Assembly: GCF_965279675.1 (NCBI RefSeq)
Contig: NZ_CBDIIJ010000002.1
Span: 2,229,296 to 2,293,295 of the forward strand
DNA length: 64,000 nt
Direction: 5' to 3'
DNA from: Mucisphaera sp.
Lineage (GTDB): Bacteria > Planctomycetota > Phycisphaerae > Phycisphaerales > Phycisphaeraceae
Positions 52,601-60,099 of this stretch are shown piece by piece (positions within the stretch are counted from its first letter, which is position 1; each line of letters starts with the position of its first letter). The position numbers and the translations under genes are program-made. Below the pieces are notes generated by a model. It searched no databases. It saw only the letters and a list, made by a program, of their open reading frames with translations, and was not told the origin of the DNA.

Positions 52601-54134
52601 CGCCAACCAGGCCGGAACCATCGAAATCCGCGATGCCAACGAGGTCACCACCACCAACGAAGACGGCGACGAACTCCTCGTCGCCCTCAAACGCAACGGC
52701 GAAGTCGCCGTCCTCGACGACAAGGGCCGCGAACTCGAGAAGTTCAAACTCCAGTACGGCTCCTACATCCACGTCAAGCCAGGCGACAAGGTCAAGAAGG
52801 GCACCCTCCTCGTCAGCTGGGACCCCCACCGAACCACCATCCTCGCCGAGAAGGGCGGCAAAGTCCGCTACGAAGACATCATCGAAGGCGAAACCGTCCG
52901 ACCCGAGAAAACCTCGGCCAAGGGCGCCGGCGCCGCCGGACTCGTCGTCATCGAACACAAGGGCGAACTCCACCCCCGCATCGTCATCGAAGACAACGAC
53001 GGCAAGATCCTCGACTTCCACTACCTGCCCGCCAAGGCACGTATCGACGTCAAGGAGGGCGATGTCGTCACCGCAGGACACATGCTCGCCCGACAGCCCC
53101 GCGAAGCTACCGGCACCGCGGACATCGTCGGCGGTCTGCCCCGCGTCACCGAGATCTTCGAGGCTCGCAAGCCCAAAGACGCAGCCATCATGGCCGAAAT
53201 CTCCGGCGCCGTGGAACTCCGCTCCGACAAACGCCGCGGCAAGATGACCGTGATCATCCGCTCCGAGTCCGGGCTCGAAGTCGATCACCACGTCCCCCAG
53301 GACCGACACCTGCTCGTCCACACCGGCGACTACGTCGAGGCCGGCGACCAGCTCATCGAAGGCCCCCTCGTCCCGCAGGACATCCTCCGCGTCAAGGGTG
53401 AAGAAGCCCTCTTCTCCTACCTCCTCAACGAGGTCCAGAACGTCTACCGCGCTCAGGGCGTGCCCATCAACGACAAGCACATCGAGATCATCATCAACCA
53501 GATGCTCCGCAAGGTCCGCATCGACAACCCAGGCGACACCAAGGTCCTCCCCAACGAGGTCATCGACAAGTGGCGCTTCCGCGAAGCCAACGAGTCCGTC
53601 GCCGCCATGGGCAAGATCAAAGACCCAGGCGACTCCCAACTCCCCATCGGAGCCAAGGTCACCAAGGCCGAGCTCAAGGAAATCAACGCCCAGCTCGAAG
53701 CCGATGGCAAAGCCACCGCCAAGGCCACCAAGTGCAAGCCCGCCATGGGCAAGACACTCCTCCTCGGCATCACCAAGGCCTCCCTCCAGTCCGAGTCCTT
53801 CCTCTCAGGCGCTTCCTTCCAGGAAACCACCAAGGTCCTCACCGAAGCCGCCCTCGCAGGAAAGACCGACGACCTCCAGGGACTCAAGGAAAACGTCCTG
53901 CTCGGACATCTCATCCCCGTCGGCACCGGCTTCAAGGACTACCAGAACCTCACCGTCGTCAAACTCGCCGAGCCGCCCGCCTCCGAACTCCTCTCCCACG
54001 AAGAGGAAATCGAAGCCGCAGCCGCCATCGCCGAAGCCGCCGGCGCCGAAGCCCCCGAAGAGATCGGCACCACCGTCGGCGAATCCCGACTCGTCGCCCA
54101 ACTCCTCGGCGAAGACACCTCCAACAAAAGCTGA
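49668..54134 (+). CDS. rpoC: DNA-directed RNA polymerase subunit beta'
   Basis: 1488 aa. Zn-finger CECGKYKG...CDRCGV, catalytic [12 protein letters not shown], and trigger-loop/bridge-helix blocks ([21 protein letters not shown]). Confidence 0.97.
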   Translation: MAEQLFDRVNDFSKVKINLASPNDIRSWSFGEVKKPETINYRTYRPEKDGLFCERIFGPERDYECACGKYKGTKFKGIICDRCGVKVTHSRVRRKRMGHINLAAPIIHIWFFKAIPSHLGNLLGMKTSDLEKVIYFQDYVVVEPGDTPLKEKQILTEDDYRHAISEYGRGFTAMMGAEAIKELLARLDLGPLAAELREELNATKSKQKIKDLSKRLKIVEQIRHSENDPSWMVMDVTPVIPPDLRPLVLLDSGNFATSDLNDLYRRIINRNNRLKKLMDLNAPEVIIRNEKRMLQQSVDALFDNGRCRRPVLGSSNRPLKSLTDMIKGKQGRFRENLLGKRVDYSARSVIVVGPELKLHQCGLPKKIALELYQPFIIRKLKEHGLVDTIKSAKKMLERRDPEVWDILEEVIDQHPVLLNRAPTLHRMGIQAFEPVLVEGNAIRIHPLVCSGFNADFDGDQMAVHLPLSVEAQAEAHILMLSPHNIFSPAHGGPIISAGQDIVYGIYYMTLMPDTLSEEIIHELVTRSGNLSDEQVEIMRNIPDFRNEAEAFMAYDLRKITLHDPIVVRLDPERYTGQVTNEKDQPEPLPETNRIVTSVGRLIFNEMLADQMPYYNCALGKRGCSRVIDETYASNGRPATIDLLDAMKSMGFRSATTAGLSLAITDLRIPERKQDILDATQKKVDRVEKAYNAGALTERERYNQLVDLWTHCREEITKQVVEEMKRDRRDEEGRHVSIDDPAGQIYLNPAWVEVESGARGKIGQLQQLAGMRGLMAKPSGEIIETPIRANAREGLSVLEYFSSTHGARKGLADTALKTADSGYLTRKLCDVAQNMFITQNDCGTRNGITKRALYKGEEIDIPLRDQVVGRSARETIRNPITDELIVEENQNITEEIARKIEALGIDTVNVRSPLTCEAREGICSTCYGIDMSTGKTVERGLAVGIIAAESIGEPGTQLTMRTFHTGGVATTSAVETSNVANQAGTIEIRDANEVTTTNEDGDELLVALKRNGEVAVLDDKGRELEKFKLQYGSYIHVKPGDKVKKGTLLVSWDPHRTTILAEKGGKVRYEDIIEGETVRPEKTSAKGAGAAGLVVIEHKGELHPRIVIEDNDGKILDFHYLPAKARIDVKEGDVVTAGHMLARQPREATGTADIVGGLPRVTEIFEARKPKDAAIMAEISGAVELRSDKRRGKMTVIIRSESGLEVDHHVPQDRHLLVHTGDYVEAGDQLIEGPLVPQDILRVKGEEALFSYLLNEVQNVYRAQGVPINDKHIEIIINQMLRKVRIDNPGDTKVLPNEVIDKWRFREANESVAAMGKIKDPGDSQLPIGAKVTKAELKEINAQLEADGKATAKATKCKPAMGKTLLLGITKASLQSESFLSGASFQETTKVLTEAALAGKTDDLQGLKENVLLGHLIPVGTGFKDYQNLTVVKLAEPPASELLSHEEEIEAAAAIAEAAGAEAPEEIGTTVGESRLVAQLLGEDTSNKS

Positions 54135-54166
54135 CCCCAACCCCCAGCCAACCTAAGCCTCCACAA

Positions 54167-54191
54167 CCGCCCCACAAGGGGCGGTTTTTTT
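54167..54191 (+). terminator. intrinsic terminator after rpoC
   Basis: CCGCCCC-ACAA-GGGGCGG hairpin followed by a 7-nt T-run (TTTTTTT), about 30 nt after the rpoC stop. Confidence 0.85.
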
Positions 54192-54221
54192 GGCATATAC
54201 CTCAACGACTACTCATCCCCC

Positions 54222-55169
54222 TCAATACCCCCAAACCCGATCCACCCGATTCCGCATCGCCCCCACCCGCCCCTCCAGATAACAACCAAGGTTGTAGACC
54301 ACCAGCTCCCCAAACTTCTCCGGATAAGCCCCCGTCTGCCCGCCATAGTGCGCCGTGATCAGCGTGTTCGGTGCACCCCACAACGCATGCCCGTCAGGCA
54401 GCGGTTCCGGGTCCGTCACATCCAGCCCCGCTCCTCCCAGCCGCCCGCTCTCCAGCGCCCCAATCAACGCCTCCGTCCGAATCGCCGAACCCCGCCCCAC
54501 GTTCACCACCAGCGCCCCCTCAGGCAGCAACCCCAGCGCCCGCTCATCCAGAAGCCCACGCGTGTGCTCCGTCCCAGGCAGAATCACCACCAGCACCTGA
54601 CTCCGCTCAAGCACCCGATCCAGATCCTCCATCCCCACAACCTCATCCGCCAACCCATCCGCCTCAGGCCGACGCCGAAGCCCAACCACCCGCATCCCAA
54701 ACGCCTTCGCCCGCCGCGCCACCCCACGCCCAATGCTCCCATACCCCAGAATCCCCGTCGTCTTCCCCGCCAATTCCAGCTTCCGCCCCACACCCCGCCA
54801 ACGTCCCTCACGCTGATGATCCCGCGCCTCCCCCATCCCACGCGTCAACCCAAGCAACAACGCAAACACGTGATCCGCCACCACCTCATCAAACACACCC
54901 ACCGCCGTCGTCAGAATCACCGACTCAGGCACGAACGGAATCCACGAATTCACCCCCGCCGACCCCATCTGCAACCACTTCAAACACCCCGCCTCCCCGA
55001 TCAGTTCCTTAGGCAGCGACCCCACCACCATCTCCGCCTCCGCCAGCTCCGCCGTCCCCCGCAACGCCTCAAAATCCGCCACCTCCATCACCCCCGAACC
55101 CAACCGCTCCCGCATAAAAGTCATCGCAGAATCCGACACACTCCCCGATTTCACCAGCAACCGCCTCAT
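54222..55169 (-). CDS. D-2-hydroxyacid dehydrogenase family protein (NAD-binding)
   Basis: 315 aa. Rossmann motif GILGYGSIGRGVA and the catalytic R...E...H pattern (NVGRG, TAH). GGAGG lies upstream of the ATG. Confidence 0.85.
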   Translation of the reverse strand: MRRLLVKSGSVSDSAMTFMRERLGSGVMEVADFEALRGTAELAEAEMVVGSLPKELIGEAGCLKWLQMGSAGVNSWIPFVPESVILTTAVGVFDEVVADHVFALLLGLTRGMGEARDHQREGRWRGVGRKLELAGKTTGILGYGSIGRGVARRAKAFGMRVVGLRRRPEADGLADEVVGMEDLDRVLERSQVLVVILPGTEHTRGLLDERALGLLPEGALVVNVGRGSAIRTEALIGALESGRLGGAGLDVTDPEPLPDGHALWGAPNTLITAHYGGQTGAYPEKFGELVVYNLGCYLEGRVGAMRNRVDRVWGY

Positions 55170-55212
55170 GCCCCAGCCTCCTAATGATGATTAAACAACA
55201 CCTGATGCGATC

Positions 55213-56253
55213 CTAGTCAGCACGAGACCGCTTAACGATGCCGATGATCCGATCGTAGCTGAGCTCGGACAGCCCCCACGTATACCCACTGAAGTTCGTT
55301 GTGCTAACAAACTGAACCACAACCGTGTCGATATCCGCATGGTACCTCGCGATACTCTGATAACCCGGAATCAGGCCGGTGTGGTTGTACACGTAGATCG
55401 ATGAGTAGACCTCCTGCTCGCCCTCATCAAAAACCGATCCGTCATTAAGAGCTCGCAGAAAGACAGCCACATCTGAAGCCGTTGCCACCATCGAGCCGTC
55501 TTCATTCGCTTTCAGATCCTCGTCGAAACCCACGTAGTAACCACTCATCAGATCATCTGGATCGACATCATGCATCGAACCATGAGTCGATGAGAGACCT
55601 AGCGGATCAAGCACCCTTTCCTCGATGAAATAGTGCTTATCATGCCCCGTAATTCTCTTGATCAACTCGGATAGAAGAAAGTAGTTCGTATTCGAATAGG
55701 AATACCCCTCCCCAGGCTCAAATAACGCGGGCTGATCGAGTGCCAATGCCAAAGCCGCCTCCGCACTCTCTGGTGGGTTCGCCCAGAAGCCAGGAGCATC
55801 CGTAAAGTTGGGAATACCACTACGGTGCTGGACCATCTGCCTCAGCGTGATCCGGTCCGCATATTCAATCCTCCCCGTAAGCTCAGGAAAATGTGAGGCG
55901 AGCGTATCATCGAGCGAGATACGCTCATCACTCACCAGTTTGGTGATCGCTACGGCGTCATAGAGCTTGCTGATGCTCGCAATCTTGAAAAACGCATCAC
56001 CTCTTGCAGGAATCGCAAGCTCTCGATCATGCCAACCCGCCGTGAAGACTCGCGGCGCCTGACCCGCTTCATCCACATATACGACCACCCCATCAAAGCC
56101 ATAATCAAGCGATCGATCGACCTGTTCTTGAACCGTAGCTGGCAGGGGAGGCATCCATGCCAAAACCATAGGCCATGGCACAAACCAGAGAGAGACGAGC
56201 GTGCCAACAAACAATAAAGCTCGCAGCACCCATACTCGTTGTTGCTTGGTCAT
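55213..56253 (-). CDS. serine hydrolase, class C beta-lactamase / DD-peptidase family
   Basis: 346 aa with an N-terminal TM/signal segment. S-x-x-K in FKIASISKLY and YSN in YSYSNTNY. Markedly lower GC than its neighbours. Confidence 0.8.
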   Translation of the reverse strand: MTKQQRVWVLRALLFVGTLVSLWFVPWPMVLAWMPPLPATVQEQVDRSLDYGFDGVVVYVDEAGQAPRVFTAGWHDRELAIPARGDAFFKIASISKLYDAVAITKLVSDERISLDDTLASHFPELTGRIEYADRITLRQMVQHRSGIPNFTDAPGFWANPPESAEAALALALDQPALFEPGEGYSYSNTNYFLLSELIKRITGHDKHYFIEERVLDPLGLSSTHGSMHDVDPDDLMSGYYVGFDEDLKANEDGSMVATASDVAVFLRALNDGSVFDEGEQEVYSSIYVYNHTGLIPGYQSIARYHADIDTVVVQFVSTTNFSGYTWGLSELSYDRIIGIVKRSRAD

Positions 56254-56285
56254 AGAACCAAATCGCCATGAGACAAGAGTCGAAT

Positions 56286-56359
56286 TGACCCTGAGAGGAT
56301 TCGAACCTCTGACCTGCTGCTCCGGAGGCAGCCGCTCTATCCAGCTGAGCTACAGGGCC
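56286..56359 (-). tRNA. tRNA-Arg (anticodon CCG)
   Basis: Folded by hand as a 74-nt cloverleaf. Acceptor GGCCCTG/CAGGGTC, D-stem GCTC/GAGC, anticodon stem GCTGC/GCAGC with loop CTCCGGA, T-arm AGAGG-TTCGAAT-CCTCT, discriminator A. CCA is not encoded. Confidence 0.95.
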
Positions 56360-56413
56360 TAAGAACCCAACACCTTAGCCGACCCCATCAAACCCGTAAA
56401 CCGAAAACCACCC

Positions 56414-57562
56414 TTACCCCTTCCCCGCCGCCTCATACTTCAGCTGCCCGCACGCCGCCGCAATGTCCCGCCCCCGCGACGCCCGGATGTGCACGTTCAA
56501 CCCCGCCTCACGCAGCACCCGCTGAAACCCCAGCACATCACCCTTCTCAGGCCGTTCATAAGGCAGGCTCTCCACCTCGTTGTACCGGATCAGATTCACG
56601 TTGCTCCGCAGCCGCTTTGCCACCCGCGCCAACTCCCGCGCATGCTCCTGCCGATCATTCACCCCACCCAGCAGGATGTACTCAAGCGTCACCTCCCGCC
56701 CCGTCTTCTCAAAGAAAAACCGACCCGCCTCAATCAGCTGATCCACCGTCACATACTCCGCCCACGGAATCAACTCCCGCCGCAACGCATCATTTGGCGC
56801 ATGCAGGCTGATCGCCAGCGTGATCGGCAGATCCAAAGCCGCCAACCGACGAATCTGCGCCGGCAACCCCACCGTCGACACCGTGATCCGCCGTGCCCCG
56901 ATCCCCAACCCCCACTCCGCACTAAGCGTCCGAATCGCCCCCGTCACCGCCGGCAGATTCGCGAGCGGCTCCCCCATCCCCATAAACACCACGTTGCTGA
57001 TCCGACCCACCCCAGGCAGCACACCCAGCCGCCAAACCTGCTCCACGATCTGACCCGTTGTCAGATTCCCCTCCAGCCCCTCCATCCCCGACGCACAAAA
57101 CCGACACCCCACCGGACACCCCGCCTGCGACGAAATACACGCCGTCTTCCGCATCCCCCCACCCTCATTCTCCGACGGAATCATCACGCACTCCGTCTGC
57201 AACCCCCCACCCCCACTTCCAGCCACCGGCAGCGACAACGAACCACCCACCTCAGCAACCTCTGCATCCATGCGGGGGGCACTGGGTGGGGCAGTAGGGG
57301 GGGACCACTCAACTAATAGCTTCTGCACCCCATCCGTCGCCCGCTGATGCCGTACCAGCATCCCCCGCTCAAACACCAGCTTCCGACCCAGCACTTCCCG
57401 ATCCCCCTTCCCCAGATCCGTCATCGCCGGCAGATTAGACACACCCTTCCCATACACCCACCCCAGCACCTGCTTCGCCCGATACCCCGGCAGCCCCCAC
57501 GCCACAAAACGCTCCGCAAGCGACTCAGGCGTCTCACCAAACACATGCACCAACTCAGACAT
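56414..57562 (-). CDS. rlmN: 23S rRNA (adenine2503-C2)/tRNA methyltransferase RlmN (radical SAM)
   Basis: ATG at 57560-57562 (MSELVHVFGE...). Radical-SAM motif CPVGCRFC, plus GMGEPLAN and a C-terminal catalytic Cys in DIAAACGQL. Confidence 0.9.
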   Translation of the reverse strand: MSELVHVFGETPESLAERFVAWGLPGYRAKQVLGWVYGKGVSNLPAMTDLGKGDREVLGRKLVFERGMLVRHQRATDGVQKLLVEWSPPTAPPSAPRMDAEVAEVGGSLSLPVAGSGGGGLQTECVMIPSENEGGGMRKTACISSQAGCPVGCRFCASGMEGLEGNLTTGQIVEQVWRLGVLPGVGRISNVVFMGMGEPLANLPAVTGAIRTLSAEWGLGIGARRITVSTVGLPAQIRRLAALDLPITLAISLHAPNDALRRELIPWAEYVTVDQLIEAGRFFFEKTGREVTLEYILLGGVNDRQEHARELARVAKRLRSNVNLIRYNEVESLPYERPEKGDVLGFQRVLREAGLNVHIRASRGRDIAAACGQLKYEAAGKG

Positions 57563-57620
57563 CCAGCAGTTCCTCAAGCAACCCCGGAAACCGGCCCGGC
57601 CGGGCGGTACGCTAAGCCCC

Positions 57621-58040
57621 ATGCAACGAGTCACCCAGACCATGCGCGACCGCTTCGACCGAATCCTCGATCATATCCTCGACGGCCTCCCCGAACACAT
57701 CCTCGCCCGCCTCGACGAAATCCCCCTCATCGTCGAAGACGAACCCGACCCCGACCTCCTCGCCGAACTCGACATGGAACCCGACGACGAACTCTTTGGC
57801 CTCCACTCAGGCATCGGCCTCACCGAACGCTCCATCGAAGACGACATGGTCCTCCCCGACCAGATCCACCTCTTCCGCGGGCCCATCATCCGCCACGCCC
57901 TCGAACTCAAAGACGCCGACAACCCCAAAGACCGCCAGAAAGCCCGACTCGACACCCAGATCCGCATCACCCTCCTCCATGAAATAGGACACCACTACGG
58001 CCTCGACGAAGACGACCTCGACCGCCTCGGCTACGCCTGA
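57621..58040 (+). CDS. small zincin-like metallopeptidase family protein
   Basis: 139 aa. HEIGHHYGLDEDDL (HExxH) at the C-terminus, typical of the small 'Zincin_1'-type proteins. Confidence 0.75.
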   Translation: MQRVTQTMRDRFDRILDHILDGLPEHILARLDEIPLIVEDEPDPDLLAELDMEPDDELFGLHSGIGLTERSIEDDMVLPDQIHLFRGPIIRHALELKDADNPKDRQKARLDTQIRITLLHEIGHHYGLDEDDLDRLGYA

Positions 58041-58060
58041 TCACCCACCAGCCCCCACAC

Positions 58061-58086
58061 AAGCCCGGTCGCGACGCGACCGGGTA
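58061..58086. repeat. REP-like palindromic element (copy 1)
   Basis: AAGCCCGGTCGCGACGCGACCGGG. A perfect 10-bp inverted repeat, CCCGGTCGCG / CGCGACCGGG, spans 58064-58084. The same core recurs at 59923 and 59960. Confidence 0.8.
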
Positions 58087-58188
58087 TCACCACGCTTCCT
58101 TCAAGCAGAGTGTGCTTAACAATATGACCCACACCCGGTGAGCCGGGCCGTGTCGGCCCGGGCCAAAACCCCACCACCCCCAGCTATC

Positions 58189-59850
58189 ATGCCCCACATG
58201 CTCAAACTCGCCACCATCCTCGACAACCCAGGCGAACCACCCGTCCAGACCCGCTACCGAGACCCCAACGAACTCGCACAACTCGGCTACAACGGCACCG
58301 TGCTCTACGAAACCACAGCCCTCTCAGGCGTCCCATCACCCGACGCCATCAAAGACCCCGAAATACGAAGCTGGCTCAACCAGACCTGGTCCAAACTCGA
58401 CCAGCAGATCGAAGCCAACACCCACGCCGGACTCCAAACCTACCTCTTCTACGACCTCCTCACCCTCGCCGCCGACACCGTCGAAGGCAACGCCTCCAAC
58501 CTCTGCTGCCGAGGACACGCCGACACCCTCTGCCCCGCCAGCAACGAAGCCTGGGACCGCATCACCCACGCACTCAACGCCCTCATCGAACGCTACCCAA
58601 ACATCGCTGGCATCGTCCTACGCTTCGGCGACAACGACGCCCAGCGACTCCCCCACCTCCTCGGTAACGATCTCTACACCCCCCACTGCTCACGCTGCGC
58701 CGACGCCACCCCCGCCGACCGCATCGTCCACGCCGCCGAACGCTGCTACAACGTCATCACCAATAAACACAACAAGACCACCATCCTCCGCGCCTGGAAC
58801 GTCCGACCCAACGGACTCCACGACACCGCCGAACTCGCCGCCGCCGTCGTCCCCCGACTCCCCCAGGCCAACGACAACAAGCTCATCCTCTCCTTCAAGT
58901 TCACCCAGACCGACTTCTGGCGCTACCAGGCATGGAACCCCGCCTCACTCGCCTGCGGGGCCGTCCCCATCCTCTACGAACTCCAGTGCCAAAGAGAGTT
59001 CGAAGCCAAAGGCGCCACCCCCAACGCCCAGACCGCCCTCTGGCGCGACGGCTACCCCGAAACCCAAAACCCCAACCAGCCCCAGGGACTCGCCCAGGTC
59101 GCTCAACGCATCCCCCTCGCCGGCCTCTGGGCCTGGGTCCGAGGCGGCGGTTGGGGCGGACCCTTCATCAAAGACGAAACCTGGATCGACGCCAACGCCT
59201 ACGCCGTACCCAAACTCGCCGACCAACCCGACGCAGACCCCCACCAACTCGCCCTCGACTGGGCCACTCAGCGACTCGACCTCAAAGATAGCGACCCCCT
59301 CATCCCCATCCTCGCCGACATCCTCAACCGCTCCCCCGAGATGATCCGCCAGGCCTTTTACATCGGCCCCTTCGCCCGACTCAAACCCTCACCCTGGCAC
59401 CCCAACGCCGACTGGATCGAAGACGATGCCATCGACGCCCAGGCCGCTTGGCGACTCATCCAGCGACTCCCCCTCACCGACCTCGACGCCGTCCTCGACG
59501 AAAAAACCGCCGCCGCCGACACCGCCTCAAAACTCCTCGCACAGCTCAAGGAAGCCCTACGCGACCGCGACCACCAAACCATCGAACCCCTCCTCGGCTC
59601 ACTCGTCTACACCGAATCCCTCATCGAAACCATCCGCGACCTCTTCGCCGGACTCATCGCCTACCGACGCTACAACCACTCGAAATCCCCCAAGGACGCC
59701 GAAGCCACCCGCAAAGCCCTCTACCACGCCCAGAGCCACTGGAACCACCATACCCAACGCCTCAACGCCTACCGACAAATCCCCACACCCTTCCGCGAAA
59801 CCGGCTTCTGGGACCTCACCCAGGAAATCCTCACCAACCTCCACCAGTAA
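58189..59850 (+). CDS. hypothetical protein (possibly a TIM-barrel glycoside-hydrolase-like fold; unverified)
   Basis: 553 aa from the ATG at 58189 (MPHMLKLATILDNPGE...). Codon usage matches other + strand genes. Weak resemblance of FKFTQTDFW / ELQCQREFEAKG blocks to alpha-glucuronidase-type barrels. No signal peptide. Confidence 0.6.
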   Translation: MPHMLKLATILDNPGEPPVQTRYRDPNELAQLGYNGTVLYETTALSGVPSPDAIKDPEIRSWLNQTWSKLDQQIEANTHAGLQTYLFYDLLTLAADTVEGNASNLCCRGHADTLCPASNEAWDRITHALNALIERYPNIAGIVLRFGDNDAQRLPHLLGNDLYTPHCSRCADATPADRIVHAAERCYNVITNKHNKTTILRAWNVRPNGLHDTAELAAAVVPRLPQANDNKLILSFKFTQTDFWRYQAWNPASLACGAVPILYELQCQREFEAKGATPNAQTALWRDGYPETQNPNQPQGLAQVAQRIPLAGLWAWVRGGGWGGPFIKDETWIDANAYAVPKLADQPDADPHQLALDWATQRLDLKDSDPLIPILADILNRSPEMIRQAFYIGPFARLKPSPWHPNADWIEDDAIDAQAAWRLIQRLPLTDLDAVLDEKTAAADTASKLLAQLKEALRDRDHQTIEPLLGSLVYTESLIETIRDLFAGLIAYRRYNHSKSPKDAEATRKALYHAQSHWNHHTQRLNAYRQIPTPFRETGFWDLTQEILTNLHQ

Positions 59851-60066
59851 GCCCGGTCGCCGAGTGCCACACCTTGTCCCAAAGGGCAAGGTGTGCCCGA
59901 CCCCCAACAACCACCCCATCCTAAGCCCGGTCGCGACGCGACCGCGGTCTTCACACATCAGCCCGGTCGCGACGCGACCCCGGCCGTCCGGGTGCCACGA
60001 CCCTTCAGGGTCGTGCCCGATCACCAACAACCTGCCTGCGTTCGAGCCGCGGTGTGTCACCGCGGC
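59849..60066. repeat. cluster of REP-like palindromic elements in the convergent intergenic region
   Basis: AAGCCCGGTCGC core at 59849, 59923 and 59960. Two hairpins share the flanks GTGCCAC...GTGCCCGA(Y)C(M)CCAACAACC but have different, self-complementary stems (CACACCTTG/CAAGGTGTG and CACGACCC/GGGTCGTG). A terminal 9-bp hairpin GCCGCGGTG-TGT-CACCGCGGC lies at 60046-60066. Confidence 0.8.
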
Positions 60067-60099
60067 TATGCCCCATCTGTCCAAAACGCGACCACGCTG

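Noticed and set aside
55170-56359. A bona fide genomic island at tRNA-Arg
   Set aside because: It holds only one cargo gene, with no integrase or mobility gene, and I found no direct repeat of the tRNA 3' end at the distal border. I kept it as a compositional anomaly only.
59849-60066. CRISPR array or integron attC sites
   Set aside because: The repeats are palindromic, irregularly spaced (74 and 37 nt) and only 3-4 in number, with no unique spacers of constant length. No cas or intI genes are present, and the R'/R'' GTTRRRY/RYYYAAC cores are not evident. A REP-like interpretation fits better.
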